This document shows positions 20,910 through 31,788 of a stretch of 64,000 nt of DNA, in pieces. The notes below the pieces were generated by a model, which was not told where the DNA came from, made no database searches, and was given only the letters and a program-made list of their open reading frames with translations. Origin of the DNA: an uncultured Holophaga sp. (lineage in GTDB: Bacteria > Acidobacteriota > Holophagae > Holophagales > Holophagaceae); assembly GCA_963664825.1 (NCBI GenBank), contig OY761614.1, forward strand, positions 2,432,001 to 2,496,000, written 5' to 3'. The translations under genes and the position numbers were made by a program. The stretch's first letter is position 1, and each line of letters begins with the position of its first letter.

Positions 20910-21029
20910 ACCGAACCTCGCAATGTGAGGCTATAGGATCGCGCCATCGAAAGACCTGTCAAGGGTCGGCCTGGAGACCCCGCAGCACCCCTCATAAAAT
21001 CAAGCGCGGAGATAAGGGCGCCCGGTGGG

Positions 21030-22139
21030 TCAATCCCCGAAGCTGATCCCCAGATCCCTACCGGTCTGCACGGTGTCGCAGTCCAGGGGCACGCCCTTCA
21101 TGCGTCCGGCCACTTCGGCCAGGGGCACATAGTTTACGTTGGGGAAGGCCAGGGCCACCATGATGCCGCTCTGCCCCTCGTCCAGGGCTCGCACGGCGGC
21201 TGCACCGAAGCGCAGGGCGGCTAGGCGGTCGAAGCTGGTGGGGGAGCCTCCCCGCAGCAGGTGGCCCAGCACCACCGTGCGGGCATCCTTGCCGGTGAGG
21301 GTCTCCAGGGCCTTGGCCACTCGCTCGCCCACGCCGCCCAGGCGCTCGGCCTGGCCGATCTCCGCGGGTTCCAGGATGGCCCGGTGGCCATCGGCGGGTT
21401 GGGCGCCTTCGGCGACCACCACGAGGGAATACATGCGGCCTTGGGTGTCCCTCGCGCGGAGTTGAGCGGCCACTTTCTCCAGGTCGAAGGGAATTTCCGG
21501 GATGAGGATGGCGTGGGCTCCGCCCGAGATCCCTGAATGCAGGGCGATCCAGCCCGCATAGCGGCCCATCACCTCCACCACGATCACCCGCTGGTGGCTC
21601 TCGGCCGTGCTGTGGAGGCGGTCCAGGCATTCGGTGGCGAAGGAGACGGCCGTATCGAAGCCGAAGGTCGTGTTGGTCTTGTCCAGATCGTTATCGATGG
21701 TCTTGGGCACCCCCACCACCTTCAGGCCCTTCTGGGCCAGGGCATTGGCGATGGTGAGGGAACCGTCGCCGCCGATGGAGATCAAGGCGTCCAGCTCCCG
21801 CTTGCCGAAGAATTCCAGGATCTCGTCGGTGCGATCGATCTCCCGCACCGTGCCATCGGGCATCTTGACGGGATAGTGCAGGGGGTTGCCCTTGTTGGTG
21901 GTGCCCAGTATTGTGCCGCCCAGGTGGGTAATTCCCCGCACCTTGTCGCGGGTGAGCTTGAAGACACCGCCCTCGGGATAGCGCTCGGGGAAGAGGATGC
22001 CGTTGAAGCCCTCCCGGATGCCATAGCATTCCCAGCCCAGGTTATTGGACGCGATGACCGCGGCCCGGATCACGGCGTTGAGGCCCGGGGCGTCGCCCCC
22101 CCCTGTGCAGATGGCGATGCGGCGGATGGAATGGGACAT
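21030..22139 (-). CDS. pfkA: 6-phosphofructokinase
   Basis: TGGGDAPGLN, GGDGS, PKTIDND, EVMGRYAG. Confidence 0.95.
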   Translation of the reverse strand: MSHSIRRIAICTGGGDAPGLNAVIRAAVIASNNLGWECYGIREGFNGILFPERYPEGGVFKLTRDKVRGITHLGGTILGTTNKGNPLHYPVKMPDGTVREIDRTDEILEFFGKRELDALISIGGDGSLTIANALAQKGLKVVGVPKTIDNDLDKTNTTFGFDTAVSFATECLDRLHSTAESHQRVIVVEVMGRYAGWIALHSGISGGAHAILIPEIPFDLEKVAAQLRARDTQGRMYSLVVVAEGAQPADGHRAILEPAEIGQAERLGGVGERVAKALETLTGKDARTVVLGHLLRGGSPTSFDRLAALRFGAAAVRALDEGQSGIMVALAFPNVNYVPLAEVAGRMKGVPLDCDTVQTGRDLGISFGD

Positions 22140-22237
22140 GGCGGCACTTCCTGGAGAGATTTCAGATGAGGATAGCTGAAGGAGGAGCCCACAGGCGGTG
22201 GGAATGCTCTTGCCTGGCCGTCCTCCCCTGGAGAAGC

Positions 22238-23317
22238 CTAGGCGGAGGCCTCCTCGGGTTCCTCCGGGGACGGCAGGTCCTTCAGTTCCTTCCGGGCCAG
22301 GCCCCTGCGCATTTCCGGGAGATGGGGTAGGCAGCTCGTGGTCCGCAGATACTTCTTCATGGATTGCAGGGGATGGCCCCCGTAGGCTCCGGGTTGGGTG
22401 ATGGCCTTGGTGACGGCGCTCAGACCGGCGAGCTGCACGCCGGCGCAGATATCCACATGATCGGTCACCGTGGTGCGGCCTCCGCAGACGAAGTGATCGC
22501 CGATGGAACTGGAGCCAGCCACGAAGAATCCCCCGGTCAGCAGCACGTCTTTCCCGATCTGGCAGTTGTGGGCGATGTGGCAGAGGTTATCGATCTTGGT
22601 GCCGCTGCCGATTCGGGTCACGTCGAAGGCGGCTCGGTCGATAGCGCAATTGGCGCCGATTTCCACATCGTCCTCGACGATGACCACACCCAGTTGGGGA
22701 ATCTTGAAATGGCGCCCCGCTTCGTCGTGGGCATAGCCGTAGCCATCGCTGCCGAGGGTGGTGTGGGCGTGGATCTCGCACCGGGCACCGATCTCGCAAT
22801 GGTGGCCCAGGAAGACCAGCGCGTGGAGCACGGTGCCGGGGCCGATTCGGGATCCTTCCTCGAGGACGCAGCCCGGCCCGACAAGGGCTCCCTCTCCGAT
22901 CACCACGCCCGGCCCCAGGAAGGCCCCGGCTGAAATCACCGCGTCCCGGCCGATCTGGACATCTGCCGACAGGAAGGCGCGGGGGTCGATGCCGGGAACC
23001 TGCCTGAACTTATCCTTGGATGGATCGAAGTATTTCTGCAGCACCAGGGCCAGCATCAGCGTCGGCTTGGGGGTCACCAGCACCGTGGCGGTGGCGTCTT
23101 TGGGGAGATGCTTCTCGAGGTGGGCCGCCATGACGATGGCTCCGGCCTGCCGGGCCAGGGCCGTGCGGAGCTGGTCCTCCGAGGAGGCGAAGACCAGGGT
23201 CTGGGAGGAGGCCTTCTCCGCCGAAGCCACGCGATGGAGGAGCACCTGGAGATCGCCCACCGTTCGGCAGATGAGGTGCTCAAATTCCGTCGCGATCTGA
23301 AGGCAGAGGACAGTCAT
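22238..23317 (-). CDS. lpxD: UDP-3-O-acylglucosamine N-acyltransferase
   Basis: Hexapeptide repeats; [38 protein letters not shown]. Confidence 0.93.
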   Translation of the reverse strand: MTVLCLQIATEFEHLICRTVGDLQVLLHRVASAEKASSQTLVFASSEDQLRTALARQAGAIVMAAHLEKHLPKDATATVLVTPKPTLMLALVLQKYFDPSKDKFRQVPGIDPRAFLSADVQIGRDAVISAGAFLGPGVVIGEGALVGPGCVLEEGSRIGPGTVLHALVFLGHHCEIGARCEIHAHTTLGSDGYGYAHDEAGRHFKIPQLGVVIVEDDVEIGANCAIDRAAFDVTRIGSGTKIDNLCHIAHNCQIGKDVLLTGGFFVAGSSSIGDHFVCGGRTTVTDHVDICAGVQLAGLSAVTKAITQPGAYGGHPLQSMKKYLRTTSCLPHLPEMRRGLARKELKDLPSPEEPEEASA

Positions 23318-23495
23318 CAGACACTCCCTGGGAGCAGTGCGGGAAGAAAACGCCATCCCGATGCGGAGTGCCGCGACTCTGAATTCCCAGCAGAATCCCT
23401 TTCAGAGTAGCCCCTTTTGCCTTTTCCCATAGGGCCCCTTCGGGGGCTTTGGAAGGAGGTTGGGTTTGGGGGAGCGGGATCTGGGATACTCGGTC

Positions 23496-24038
23496 ATGGC
23501 GATTCCCGGAAAGGTGTGGCGATGGGGGGCTCTCGGGGGGCTCTGGACCCTCGTGGGGGTGATCGTCTGGCTGGTGGTGATCCAGGTGATCCTCATCTTC
23601 TTCTCCCCCTTCGGCACCTGGCAGAGGCCGGGTATCGCCCGGGTGCGGGTGATAGCGGTGGAGAAGGATCCCTTGAGCCTCTTTACGGACAATATCCAGG
23701 TGCTCCAGGGCGGCGCCAAGCGCAGCCTCAATATGCTCAAGACGGAGCGCGTCCAGTTGAGGGTGGGCGACGAGATCTGGATCCTCGACAACTACTACAT
23801 GACGGGCACCCGGCCGGGCCAGTTCCGCCTGACGCCCTGGCGGCTCCTCCTGGAATATCCGGAGCCCCTGCTGATCCTGGCGCTGCTGGCCATCTGGCGC
23901 CTGCGCCGGGCCCAAGCCGAGGCTCGCGCTCGGGAGGCCCAGGAGGATCTGACTCGGCCGCGGACGGTCCTGGTGGATGATTTCCACGCCAGGGCCGAGC
24001 GTTTCAAGGTGCCCCAGGATCCAGGAAGGAATTCATGA
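23496..24038 (+). CDS. Hypothetical membrane protein (2 TM)
   Basis: Two hydrophobic segments; stop overlaps the helicase ATG (ATGA). Confidence 0.7.
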   Translation: MAIPGKVWRWGALGGLWTLVGVIVWLVVIQVILIFFSPFGTWQRPGIARVRVIAVEKDPLSLFTDNIQVLQGGAKRSLNMLKTERVQLRVGDEIWILDNYYMTGTRPGQFRLTPWRLLLEYPEPLLILALLAIWRLRRAQAEARAREAQEDLTRPRTVLVDDFHARAERFKVPQDPGRNS

Positions 24039-26578
24039 TTTCCAAGCTCTACGATCTGTTGTCCGGGGAGGGCGACAGTAGCAACGATGGCCTGCTGGGG
24101 CGTTTCCTGGATTATATCGACGGGAAGGGGCTCTCCCTCTATCCGGCCCAGGAGGAGGCGATCCTCGAAATTTTCGAAGACAAGAATGTCATCCTCAATA
24201 CCCCCACGGGCTCCGGCAAGTCGCTGGTGGCCACTGCCCTACACTTCAGGGCCCTGGCTCAAGGGCGGCGCAGCGTCTACACCTGCCCCGTGAAGGCCCT
24301 GGTCAACGAGAAGTGGCTGGCCCTCTGCCAGGAGTTTGGGCCCCAAAATGTTGGCCTCAGCACGGGCGATGCCACCGTGAACCGGGACGCGCCCATCCTC
24401 TGCTGTACCGCCGAGATCCTGGCCAATATCGCCCTGCGGGAGGGGGCAGAATCCGGTATCCGGGACGTGGTCATGGACGAGTTCCACTACTACGCCGATC
24501 GGGAGCGGGGGGTGGCCTGGCAGACGCCCCTCCTGACCATGCCCCAGGCGCGCTTCCTCCTCATGTCGGCGACGCTGGGCGATACGTCGTTCTTCGAAGA
24601 GGCCCTCACCCAGCTGAACGGCCGTCCGACCGTGGCCGTCAAGTCCGTCCACCGCCCCGTGCCCCTGGCCTTCTCCTACGCCGAAACGCCCCTGTCCTTC
24701 ACCCTCGAAAAATTAGTCCTGGAGGCCAAGGCGCCGGTGTACGTGGTGCACTTCACCCAGCTGGAGGCCGCCGCCAGCGCCCAGGATTTCACCAGCATCA
24801 ATCTCTGCACCCGGGAGGAGAAGACCGCTCTGGCTCTCGCTCTGGAGGGCTTCAAGTTCAATAGCCCCTATGGGCCCGACCTGAAGCGCTGGCTGCGCCA
24901 CGGCATCGGCCTGCATCACGCAGGGCTGCTGCCCAAGTACCGCATCCTGGTGGAGCGTCTGGCCCAGAAGGGCCTGCTCAAGGTCATCTGCGGCACGGAC
25001 ACCCTGGGGGTGGGCATCAACGTGCCCATCCGCACGGTGCTCTTCACCAAGCTCTGCAAGTACAGCGGAGAAAAGACCGCCATCCTCAGCGCCCGGGACT
25101 TCCACCAGATCGCCGGAAGGGCGGGGCGGAAGGGCTTCGATGATCTGGGCTGGGTGGTGGCCCAGGCCCCGGAGCACGTCATCGAGAACGCCAAGTTGGC
25201 CGCCAAGGTCGGCAAGAAGTTTGTGAAGCGCCAGCCCCCGGACCGCAACTTCGTGGCCTGGGACGAGAAGACCTTCCAGCGCCTCATCGAGGCCCAGCCC
25301 GAGCGCCTGGTGTCCAAGTTCCAGGTCTCCCACGGGATGCTGCTGAACGTCCTCTCCCGTCCCAGCGATGGCTGCCTGGCCATGCGGGAGCTCATCCGGG
25401 CGAGCCACGAGACCGAGCGGGCCAAGGAGGCCCACCGCAGGCGAGCCTGGCAGCTCTTCCGGGCGCTGCTGGAGCGGGGAATCGTCGAATTTGTGGAACC
25501 GGAGGCTCCGGGCGCGGCGAAACTTCGTGTGAACGTCGCCCTCCAGGACGATTTCTCCATGAACCAGGCCCTTTCGCTCTACCTCATGGACACCATTTCT
25601 CTGCTGGACAGGGAATCGGACGACTACGCGCTGAACCTGGTGACCCTGGTGGAATCCATCCTGGAAAACCCCGAGATGATCCTGCGCAAGCAGCTGGACA
25701 AGCTGAAGTCCCGGCGCCTTGCCGAGATGAAGATGGAGGGCATCGAGTACGAGCAGCGCATGGAGGAACTGGAGAAGCTGGAGTATCCCAAGCCCCTGCG
25801 GGACTTCGTCTACAGCACCTTCAACGCCTTTGCCGACGCCCATCCCTGGGTGGGCCAGGAGGCCATCCGGCCCAAATCCATCGCCCGGGAGATGTTCGAG
25901 ACCTACCAATCCTTCGCCGACTATGTGCGCAGCTACGAGATCCAGCGCTCCGAGGGCCTGCTGCTGCGCCACCTGAACAGCGTCTTCAAGGTGCTGACCC
26001 AAACGGTCCCCGATGACGCCAAGACCGATGAAGTGCGGGAGATGGAGATCTACCTGGGCGCCATGCTGCACCAGGTGGATTCGAGCCTCCTGGACGAATG
26101 GGAGCGCATGAAGGATCCCAATTACAGGCCCGGTGAGGCGGCAGAATTGAGGCCCCCCGGAGCCGAAGAGGCCGCTCGCGATATCACCCGGGACCCCAAG
26201 ACCTTCACCGCCTCCATCCGCAACCGGGTGTTCAGCTTCCTGCGCAGCCTCGTGGCTGGGGACTTCGAGGAGGCTGCCCATTTCCTGGGGGAAATCGGAA
26301 GTAGGGAAAGCAGAGTCTGGACGGCGGAAGAACTGCGGGAGCTCACCAGTGCATACCTCGCCGAACACCGGGAACTGCGCCTGGATCCTGAGGGCCGCAA
26401 TCTGCGCCACACCTACGTCGTGCCTTCCGAGGATGGGGGAAGCTGGACCCTCCAGCAGATGCTGGTCGATCCCGAGGAACAGAACGATTGGGTGGCGGAA
26501 TTCAGCGTGGATCTGGAGGCCAGCCGAGCGGCCGAAATGCCCGTGCTGAACCTGACGCGCATCGGCGCGTACCGCTGA
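24035..26578 (+). CDS. Ski2-like DEAD/DEAH helicase with DUF3516-type C-terminus
   Basis: [45 protein letters not shown]. Confidence 0.93.
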   Translation: MISKLYDLLSGEGDSSNDGLLGRFLDYIDGKGLSLYPAQEEAILEIFEDKNVILNTPTGSGKSLVATALHFRALAQGRRSVYTCPVKALVNEKWLALCQEFGPQNVGLSTGDATVNRDAPILCCTAEILANIALREGAESGIRDVVMDEFHYYADRERGVAWQTPLLTMPQARFLLMSATLGDTSFFEEALTQLNGRPTVAVKSVHRPVPLAFSYAETPLSFTLEKLVLEAKAPVYVVHFTQLEAAASAQDFTSINLCTREEKTALALALEGFKFNSPYGPDLKRWLRHGIGLHHAGLLPKYRILVERLAQKGLLKVICGTDTLGVGINVPIRTVLFTKLCKYSGEKTAILSARDFHQIAGRAGRKGFDDLGWVVAQAPEHVIENAKLAAKVGKKFVKRQPPDRNFVAWDEKTFQRLIEAQPERLVSKFQVSHGMLLNVLSRPSDGCLAMRELIRASHETERAKEAHRRRAWQLFRALLERGIVEFVEPEAPGAAKLRVNVALQDDFSMNQALSLYLMDTISLLDRESDDYALNLVTLVESILENPEMILRKQLDKLKSRRLAEMKMEGIEYEQRMEELEKLEYPKPLRDFVYSTFNAFADAHPWVGQEAIRPKSIAREMFETYQSFADYVRSYEIQRSEGLLLRHLNSVFKVLTQTVPDDAKTDEVREMEIYLGAMLHQVDSSLLDEWERMKDPNYRPGEAAELRPPGAEEAARDITRDPKTFTASIRNRVFSFLRSLVAGDFEEAAHFLGEIGSRESRVWTAEELRELTSAYLAEHRELRLDPEGRNLRHTYVVPSEDGGSWTLQQMLVDPEEQNDWVAEFSVDLEASRAAEMPVLNLTRIGAYR

Positions 26579-26592
26579 TCTACCGGAATCAA

Positions 26593-26672
26593 TTCACCGT
26601 TCTCATTCTTTTCCCCGTTCTCACCGTCCTCACTGGCTGCATTTGACCAGTGAAAACGGTGAGGACGGTGAA
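26593..26672. repeat. Hairpin built from 9-bp tandem units
   Basis: Left arm TTCACCGTT-CTCATTCTT-TTCCCCGTT-CTCACCGTC-CTCACTGG; right arm CCAGTGAA-AACGGTGAG-GACGGTGAA. Confidence 0.7.
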
Positions 26673-26702
26673 CAGGGCATCACCATCCCTTCCGGCAGGC
26701 CA

Positions 26703-29441
26703 CTACCTTCCTTGGGGTGAACTTCCCTTGGCCAGGACCTTCCGGGCGCTTGTCATGGCCTGCCGCACGTCCCGGTCCTGATCGGTCTTCAGGGCCAGGG
26801 CCCTTCGCCCCGATTCCAGGGCCCGGCGGGCCTCTGAAGCACCGTTCTTGCCCTTTGTTTGGCGGACCTCCGCGGCCAAGGCGTGGACCCGGGCGAGGCT
26901 GGCAGGGAAGCATGCCTCCTGGGGTTCCTTGGCCTGGGCCCCTTCCAAGGCGGCCTGGGCCCGGACGAGCAGAGGGCTTGGGTCCTGGCCGGGGCGGTTC
27001 AGCCAGCGGGCCTCGAGCAGATCGACATCGCCCTGGGAACCCAGGATCCCGGCCTGCCCCGGCGCCAGGCGCGAGGCTTGAAGGAGGGCTTGGTGGGCCT
27101 TCTCCAGGGTGGGCCGGGGATCCTCGCCCCGGGCGAGTTGGCGCTCCGCCAGGCGGCTCAGCAGCTCGGCCAGGTTGCTCCAGCTGGCCGCGGAGGGATT
27201 GAGCTGGGCGCAATCGCCAAAGGCGGCCACCGAGTGCTGAAGGGCCTCCAGGGGCTCCTGGCCCTTGGCCTTCAGAGCCTCGGCCTGATCCATATAGAGG
27301 AAGGCCAGGTTCTGGTGGGTCTCCCACCCTGCCAAGTCTTCGGCCAGGGCCTGCCGACAATAGGCCAGGCCCGATTCCAGGAAGGGCCTGGGATCCTCCT
27401 TCCCCTTCATGGCCCGGGTGGCTCGGGTGTGGGCCAGGCTGGCCAGCCGTTCCAGTGCTCGGGCGCGGACCGTGGGCGGATAGGAACCCGGTCCCTGGCG
27501 CGGGGCTTGGGCCACCTTCTGCATGACGGCTTCGGCCCGTTGGAAGTAGGGTTCGGGATCCCGGCCCCGGCTGGCGAGCTCCCGGCCCAATTGCACCAGG
27601 GTGAGGGCGTGGACATTGAGCATGTCCACCCGGGAACCGTTCCGCAGATGCAGGTTTTCGCTGGCCTCCAGGGCGCGTTCCAGGGAACTCAGCCGGTCCA
27701 GGCCCTGCAGCTTCAGCGAGGCTCCCCCCAGCCAGATGAATTTCAGCGCATCCTGGAGCCGGTCATCGCTGGGGCCGATGCGCAGTGGGGTCTCCAGCAC
27801 CTTCAGGGCCCGCTCGAAGTCCTCCCGGGCCTGGTCTGGCCGCCCCGCATCCCCGGCTTCCCGGGCCCGGTAGGCCAGGGCCTTGGCCAGGTAGAAGAGC
27901 GCGTCGTAGCGCCAGGGCTCGGCCTCGAAGGCCGCTTCGGCCAGCCGCGCGGCGTCATCGAAGCGCTGGTCGGCCAGGGCCAGGCGGGCCTCTTCCTCCC
28001 GGGAAAACCGCGCGCCCAGCTCCTGGCGGGCCCGCCGGAGATGATCCAGGGCCCGGTTCCGGAGATCTCGGCGGATCTCGAGCTGGCGCGCTTCCCGCTT
28101 CCCGGGTACCAGGATGCTCAAGGAGGCTGAGTATTCCCGGTCGTAGAGATCGATCAGGCTGTGGCCCAGGGCCAGGGAGACCTCGGCGGAGCGCTGCCCC
28201 AGCTTCCAGGCTGTGTCCAGCTCCCGGCTGGCGGTCTCCGGGTCCCCCAGCAGGAGCGCGCCTTCGCCCAGCGTGACGTGTCCCGGGCCTCGGCTGAGGG
28301 GGGTCGCAGCCATCTGGCGGCGCACCTCCTCCATTCGCTGGCGCACCTGATCGAATTCCCGCACCACATCGTGGGAAGGCAGCATGCGTCCGAAGCGCAC
28401 GAGGCTCTCCATGCCCATGGCCTCCCGACCGAAACGCTGGGCCCAGTAGGCCCGGGTCTGGGCCCGGCGCTGGCCCACGTCCCAGACCAGGACTGCCGTG
28501 AGGGTGGACAGGCAGGCCAAGGCCGCCAATGCGCTGGCTAGGCGGTTGCGACGAATCCAGTGTCCCAGGCGCTCCAGGGGCGAGATGCGCCGCGCCTTCA
28601 CGGGTTCGCCGTCCAGGAGGCGCATCAGGTCATCGCGGAAGGCCGCGGCGCTGGGGTAGCGCCGGGCGGGATCCCGGGCCAGGCAGGTCTGGATCACGGT
28701 ATCGAGATCCCGGGACATTCCGGGCATCAAGGCCCGCAGGTGGGGCGGATCCTGGGTCTGGACCTGGACGAGGATCTCGGCGGCCTGGCCCTGGAAGGGG
28801 GGCCGCCCGGTGATGACCTCGAAGAAGGCCGCGCCCAGGCCGTAGACATCGGTCCGCGCATCGATCCAGCCCCCAGCCACCTGTTCGGGCGCCATGTAGG
28901 AAGGGCTGCCGAGGATCATCCCGGCCTCGGTAAGGCTGCCCGAGGCCTCATCCCTGGCCAGGCCGAAGTCCATCACATAGGGGCGCCAGCCTCCCGCCTC
29001 GTCGGCTTCCACCATGAGGTTCGTGGGCTTGAGATCCCGATGGATGAGCCCCTGGCGATGGGCGGCGTGCACCCCGTCGGCCAGGGTGGCCATGAGGCGC
29101 AGCTTGGTGGCCAGGGTCAGGGAGGGGGCCACCTTGTCCAGGGTCTGGCCCTGGATGAGCTGCATGACCAGGTAGGGCCAGCCCTCCCATTCGGCCACCT
29201 GGTAGAGGCGGCAGACGGCTGGGTGCTCCACCCTCGCGTGGAGATGGGCCTCCTGGCGCAATCGCTCCATGGTGGCCGGGGTGGCCTGCCTGAGCCACTT
29301 CAGCGCGACCCGACGGCCCAGGGATTCGTCGTAGGCCAGGTAGACCACGCCCATGCCGCCTTCCCCGAGGCGGTCCAGGATGCGGTAGTTCCCCACCCGT
29401 TGGGGCGGTGTCCCGGGGCTCTGGAATCCCGCTTCAACCAC
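26703..29441 (-). CDS. Membrane Ser/Thr kinase with C-terminal TPR-like region
   Basis: LGEGGMGVV, HRDLKPTN, DFGLAR, YMAPEQ; one TM; long helical Ala/Leu-rich repeats. GTG start at 29441 overlaps the MocR stop. Confidence 0.92.
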   Translation of the reverse strand: MVEAGFQSPGTPPQRVGNYRILDRLGEGGMGVVYLAYDESLGRRVALKWLRQATPATMERLRQEAHLHARVEHPAVCRLYQVAEWEGWPYLVMQLIQGQTLDKVAPSLTLATKLRLMATLADGVHAAHRQGLIHRDLKPTNLMVEADEAGGWRPYVMDFGLARDEASGSLTEAGMILGSPSYMAPEQVAGGWIDARTDVYGLGAAFFEVITGRPPFQGQAAEILVQVQTQDPPHLRALMPGMSRDLDTVIQTCLARDPARRYPSAAAFRDDLMRLLDGEPVKARRISPLERLGHWIRRNRLASALAALACLSTLTAVLVWDVGQRRAQTRAYWAQRFGREAMGMESLVRFGRMLPSHDVVREFDQVRQRMEEVRRQMAATPLSRGPGHVTLGEGALLLGDPETASRELDTAWKLGQRSAEVSLALGHSLIDLYDREYSASLSILVPGKREARQLEIRRDLRNRALDHLRRARQELGARFSREEEARLALADQRFDDAARLAEAAFEAEPWRYDALFYLAKALAYRAREAGDAGRPDQAREDFERALKVLETPLRIGPSDDRLQDALKFIWLGGASLKLQGLDRLSSLERALEASENLHLRNGSRVDMLNVHALTLVQLGRELASRGRDPEPYFQRAEAVMQKVAQAPRQGPGSYPPTVRARALERLASLAHTRATRAMKGKEDPRPFLESGLAYCRQALAEDLAGWETHQNLAFLYMDQAEALKAKGQEPLEALQHSVAAFGDCAQLNPSAASWSNLAELLSRLAERQLARGEDPRPTLEKAHQALLQASRLAPGQAGILGSQGDVDLLEARWLNRPGQDPSPLLVRAQAALEGAQAKEPQEACFPASLARVHALAAEVRQTKGKNGASEARRALESGRRALALKTDQDRDVRQAMTSARKVLAKGSSPQGR

Positions 29442-30903
29442 GGCGGACCCTGGGGAGTTCCCGGCGGAGGATGCCGAGGGCCTTCCGGGCCTCTTCCGGT
29501 TCCAGGTGGGCAAAGCCCAGGCGCAAGCCGGGCAGGGATTGTCCCTTGAAATCGTAGCGGCTCCCGGGATGGATCTTCACCCCGGCCCACAGGCAGGCCG
29601 CGCACCAGGCTCCGGCGTCCAGACCTGGCGGCAGCTTCACCCAGTAGGCTAGGCCCCCTTGAGGGGCGGCCCCTTCGAAGTCTTCCCCCAGCTCCGGTCC
29701 CATGCCGCTCAGGGCCTCCCCGAAGGCATCCCGCCGCTCCCGGTAGAGCTTCCGGGCGCGGGCCAAGTGGCGTTCCAGGTCCCCGTCCCGGATGAGGTCG
29801 GCCACGGCCCATTCCAGTACGCGATCCCCCTGGATATCCAGGCGCTGGCGCAGTCGCGCCAGGCGGTCCACCAGGGCGCTGGGGGCCACCAGGTAGGCCA
29901 GGCCCAGGCCCGGGGCGAGCAGGTGGGACAGGGAACCCAGATGGAGGACGCGCCCCTCGGGATCCTCGGCGGCCAGGGGTAAGTGGGGAGGGCCCTCCCA
30001 GCTGAATTCGAGATCGGAATCCACCTCCACCAGCGCGAAATCATGGACCCGGGCCAGTTCCATCACACGGGTCCGGCGCCCGGCTTCGAGGGGGACCGTG
30101 GTGGGAAAATGGCACTGGGGCGTGATGCAGAGGAGGTTGATGGACTGGTGCTGCAGGAGCTCTTCCATGGCCTCAGGGATGAGCCCTCCGCCATCCACGG
30201 GCACGGGATGGAGGTGGCAGGAGGCGCCCAGGGCCTCCCAGAGGGTGGGGTCGCCGGGATCTTCCACTGCGGCATCTCCTCCCAGGGCGGCGGCCACCAG
30301 GCCCAGTCCCATGGGCGTGCTCCGGGTGATGAGCAGGTTCTCCGGCGTGATCCTCAGGCCGCGGCTCTCGCGAAGATACTGGGCCAGGCCTTCCCGGAGG
30401 GAACGGTTGCCCCGGCTCTCCCCCAGGCCCAGCAGATCGTCCCCGTGGCGCTGAAGGGCCCGCCGGTAGCCCCGGGCCAGGGCCTCCTTGGGCGCCAGTC
30501 GCGCATCGGGAAAGCCATCGGAGAGATCCTGCACACTCGAGGCCATGGTGGAGACGGGTTGCAGGTGGCTGGAGAGCTCGAAGGGGGGTGCCTCGGGCAT
30601 CAAGGCCCGCTCAGGCATTTGGCCCCAGGCCTTGGGGAGGGCTTTGGGTGGCGCGTCCACCACGTAGGTGCCACTGCCTGGACGGCTCTGCACCCAGCCC
30701 TCCAGTTCAAGCTCCCGCAAGGCGGACATGGCCACATGCCTGGAGAGGCCCAGTTCCTCGGCCAGGGTGCGGGAGCCGGGCATGGCCTCGCCGGCTTGAA
30801 TCCGTCCCTCCAGGATCTCCCGCGCCAGCATGCGCACGAGCTGCAGGGCCATAGGCTCCGGTGCCTCGGCGTCCAGGAGGGGGGCGAGATCAAAGAAGGG
30901 CAT
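29434..30903 (-). CDS. MocR/GabR (GntR plus aminotransferase-fold) regulator with degenerate PLP site
   Basis: wHTH MPGSRTLAEELGLSR...EGWV.SRPGSGTYV; aminotransferase-like domain to LRLGFA. Confidence 0.9.
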   Translation of the reverse strand: MPFFDLAPLLDAEAPEPMALQLVRMLAREILEGRIQAGEAMPGSRTLAEELGLSRHVAMSALRELELEGWVQSRPGSGTYVVDAPPKALPKAWGQMPERALMPEAPPFELSSHLQPVSTMASSVQDLSDGFPDARLAPKEALARGYRRALQRHGDDLLGLGESRGNRSLREGLAQYLRESRGLRITPENLLITRSTPMGLGLVAAALGGDAAVEDPGDPTLWEALGASCHLHPVPVDGGGLIPEAMEELLQHQSINLLCITPQCHFPTTVPLEAGRRTRVMELARVHDFALVEVDSDLEFSWEGPPHLPLAAEDPEGRVLHLGSLSHLLAPGLGLAYLVAPSALVDRLARLRQRLDIQGDRVLEWAVADLIRDGDLERHLARARKLYRERRDAFGEALSGMGPELGEDFEGAAPQGGLAYWVKLPPGLDAGAWCAACLWAGVKIHPGSRYDFKGQSLPGLRLGFAHLEPEEARKALGILRRELPRVRRG

Positions 30904-31161
30904 GGATGGCTGGTTCCGGAATTGGGCCTGAAGGAAATTTCCAAGAGTGGTCGATGGTATGAAGCCAGCGTAGCTCATCCGACCTTCACCCCTGAAGGCC
31001 GGAATGCACATTCGGGCATCGCTGAGGGGTTGCAGGCCTTTGGCCGGGGACCGGCTAGGGGATTTTTGGAAAAACCGTTGGCATCGTCCCCGCCGGGGCC
31101 TGCTGAAAATTCCACCGCGAAGTATGATCTAGCCAGGACAAATCCCACCCGTGAGGTTTCA

Positions 31162-31767
31162 GTGGCAAAGGTCTACTTCCGCTATGCCGCCATGAACGCT
31201 GGAAAGAGCACCCAGCTGCTTCAGGTCCGGCACAACTACCACGAGCGCCACCAGCGCACGCTGCTCCTGAAGCCCCACCTGGATAACCGGGATGGTGAGG
31301 ATGTCATCAAGCCCCGCATCGGCGGCCTCGTGGCGAAGGTGGACGCCTTGGTTTACCCGGACACCGATCTCCAGGCGATGGTGGAGGAGCATCAGCAGCG
31401 CGGGGAGAGGCTGGACTGCATCCTGGTGGACGAGGCCCAGTTCCTCAGCCCTGAGCAGGTGCGGGAGCTCTGCGGTGTGGCCGATTTCCTGGACGTGCCC
31501 GTGATGTGCTACGGGCTGCGCACGGATTTTCGGGCCGAACTCTTTCCCGGTTCGGCCGCGCTCATGGCCCTGGCCGACGATATCGAGGAACTCAAGACCA
31601 TCTGCTGGTGCGGCAAGAAGGCCACCATCAATGCGCGCCTCCTGGATGGTCACGTGCAGACGGAAGGGCCCCAGGTTCAGATCGGAGGCAACGAGAGCTA
31701 CACGGCCCTCTGCCGCAAACACTGGGCCCTGGACCAGGCCCTGCCCCCCGGTCTGGCTGAGGGCTGA
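31162..31767 (+). CDS. tdk: Thymidine kinase
   Basis: VAKVYFRYAAMNAGKST, ILVDEAQFL, YGLRTDF, KTICWCG, IGGNESY..LCRKH. Confidence 0.96.
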   Translation: MAKVYFRYAAMNAGKSTQLLQVRHNYHERHQRTLLLKPHLDNRDGEDVIKPRIGGLVAKVDALVYPDTDLQAMVEEHQQRGERLDCILVDEAQFLSPEQVRELCGVADFLDVPVMCYGLRTDFRAELFPGSAALMALADDIEELKTICWCGKKATINARLLDGHVQTEGPQVQIGGNESYTALCRKHWALDQALPPGLAEG

Positions 31768-31788
31768 ATCAGCCCTATCCTTGCCGGG

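Noticed and set aside
26593..26672. CRISPR array
   Set aside because: Units are 9 bp, contiguous and inverted, with no spacers or cas genes. The same applies to the 13.7 kb and 38.7 kb repeats.
30945..30970. MocR operator (TGG..TGG..CCA) upstream of the regulator
   Set aside because: The motif is too short to support without comparative data.
29983..31767. 594-aa extended thymidine kinase
   Set aside because: The extension is the antisense shadow of the MocR gene; tdk begins at GTG 31162 after a GAGG RBS.
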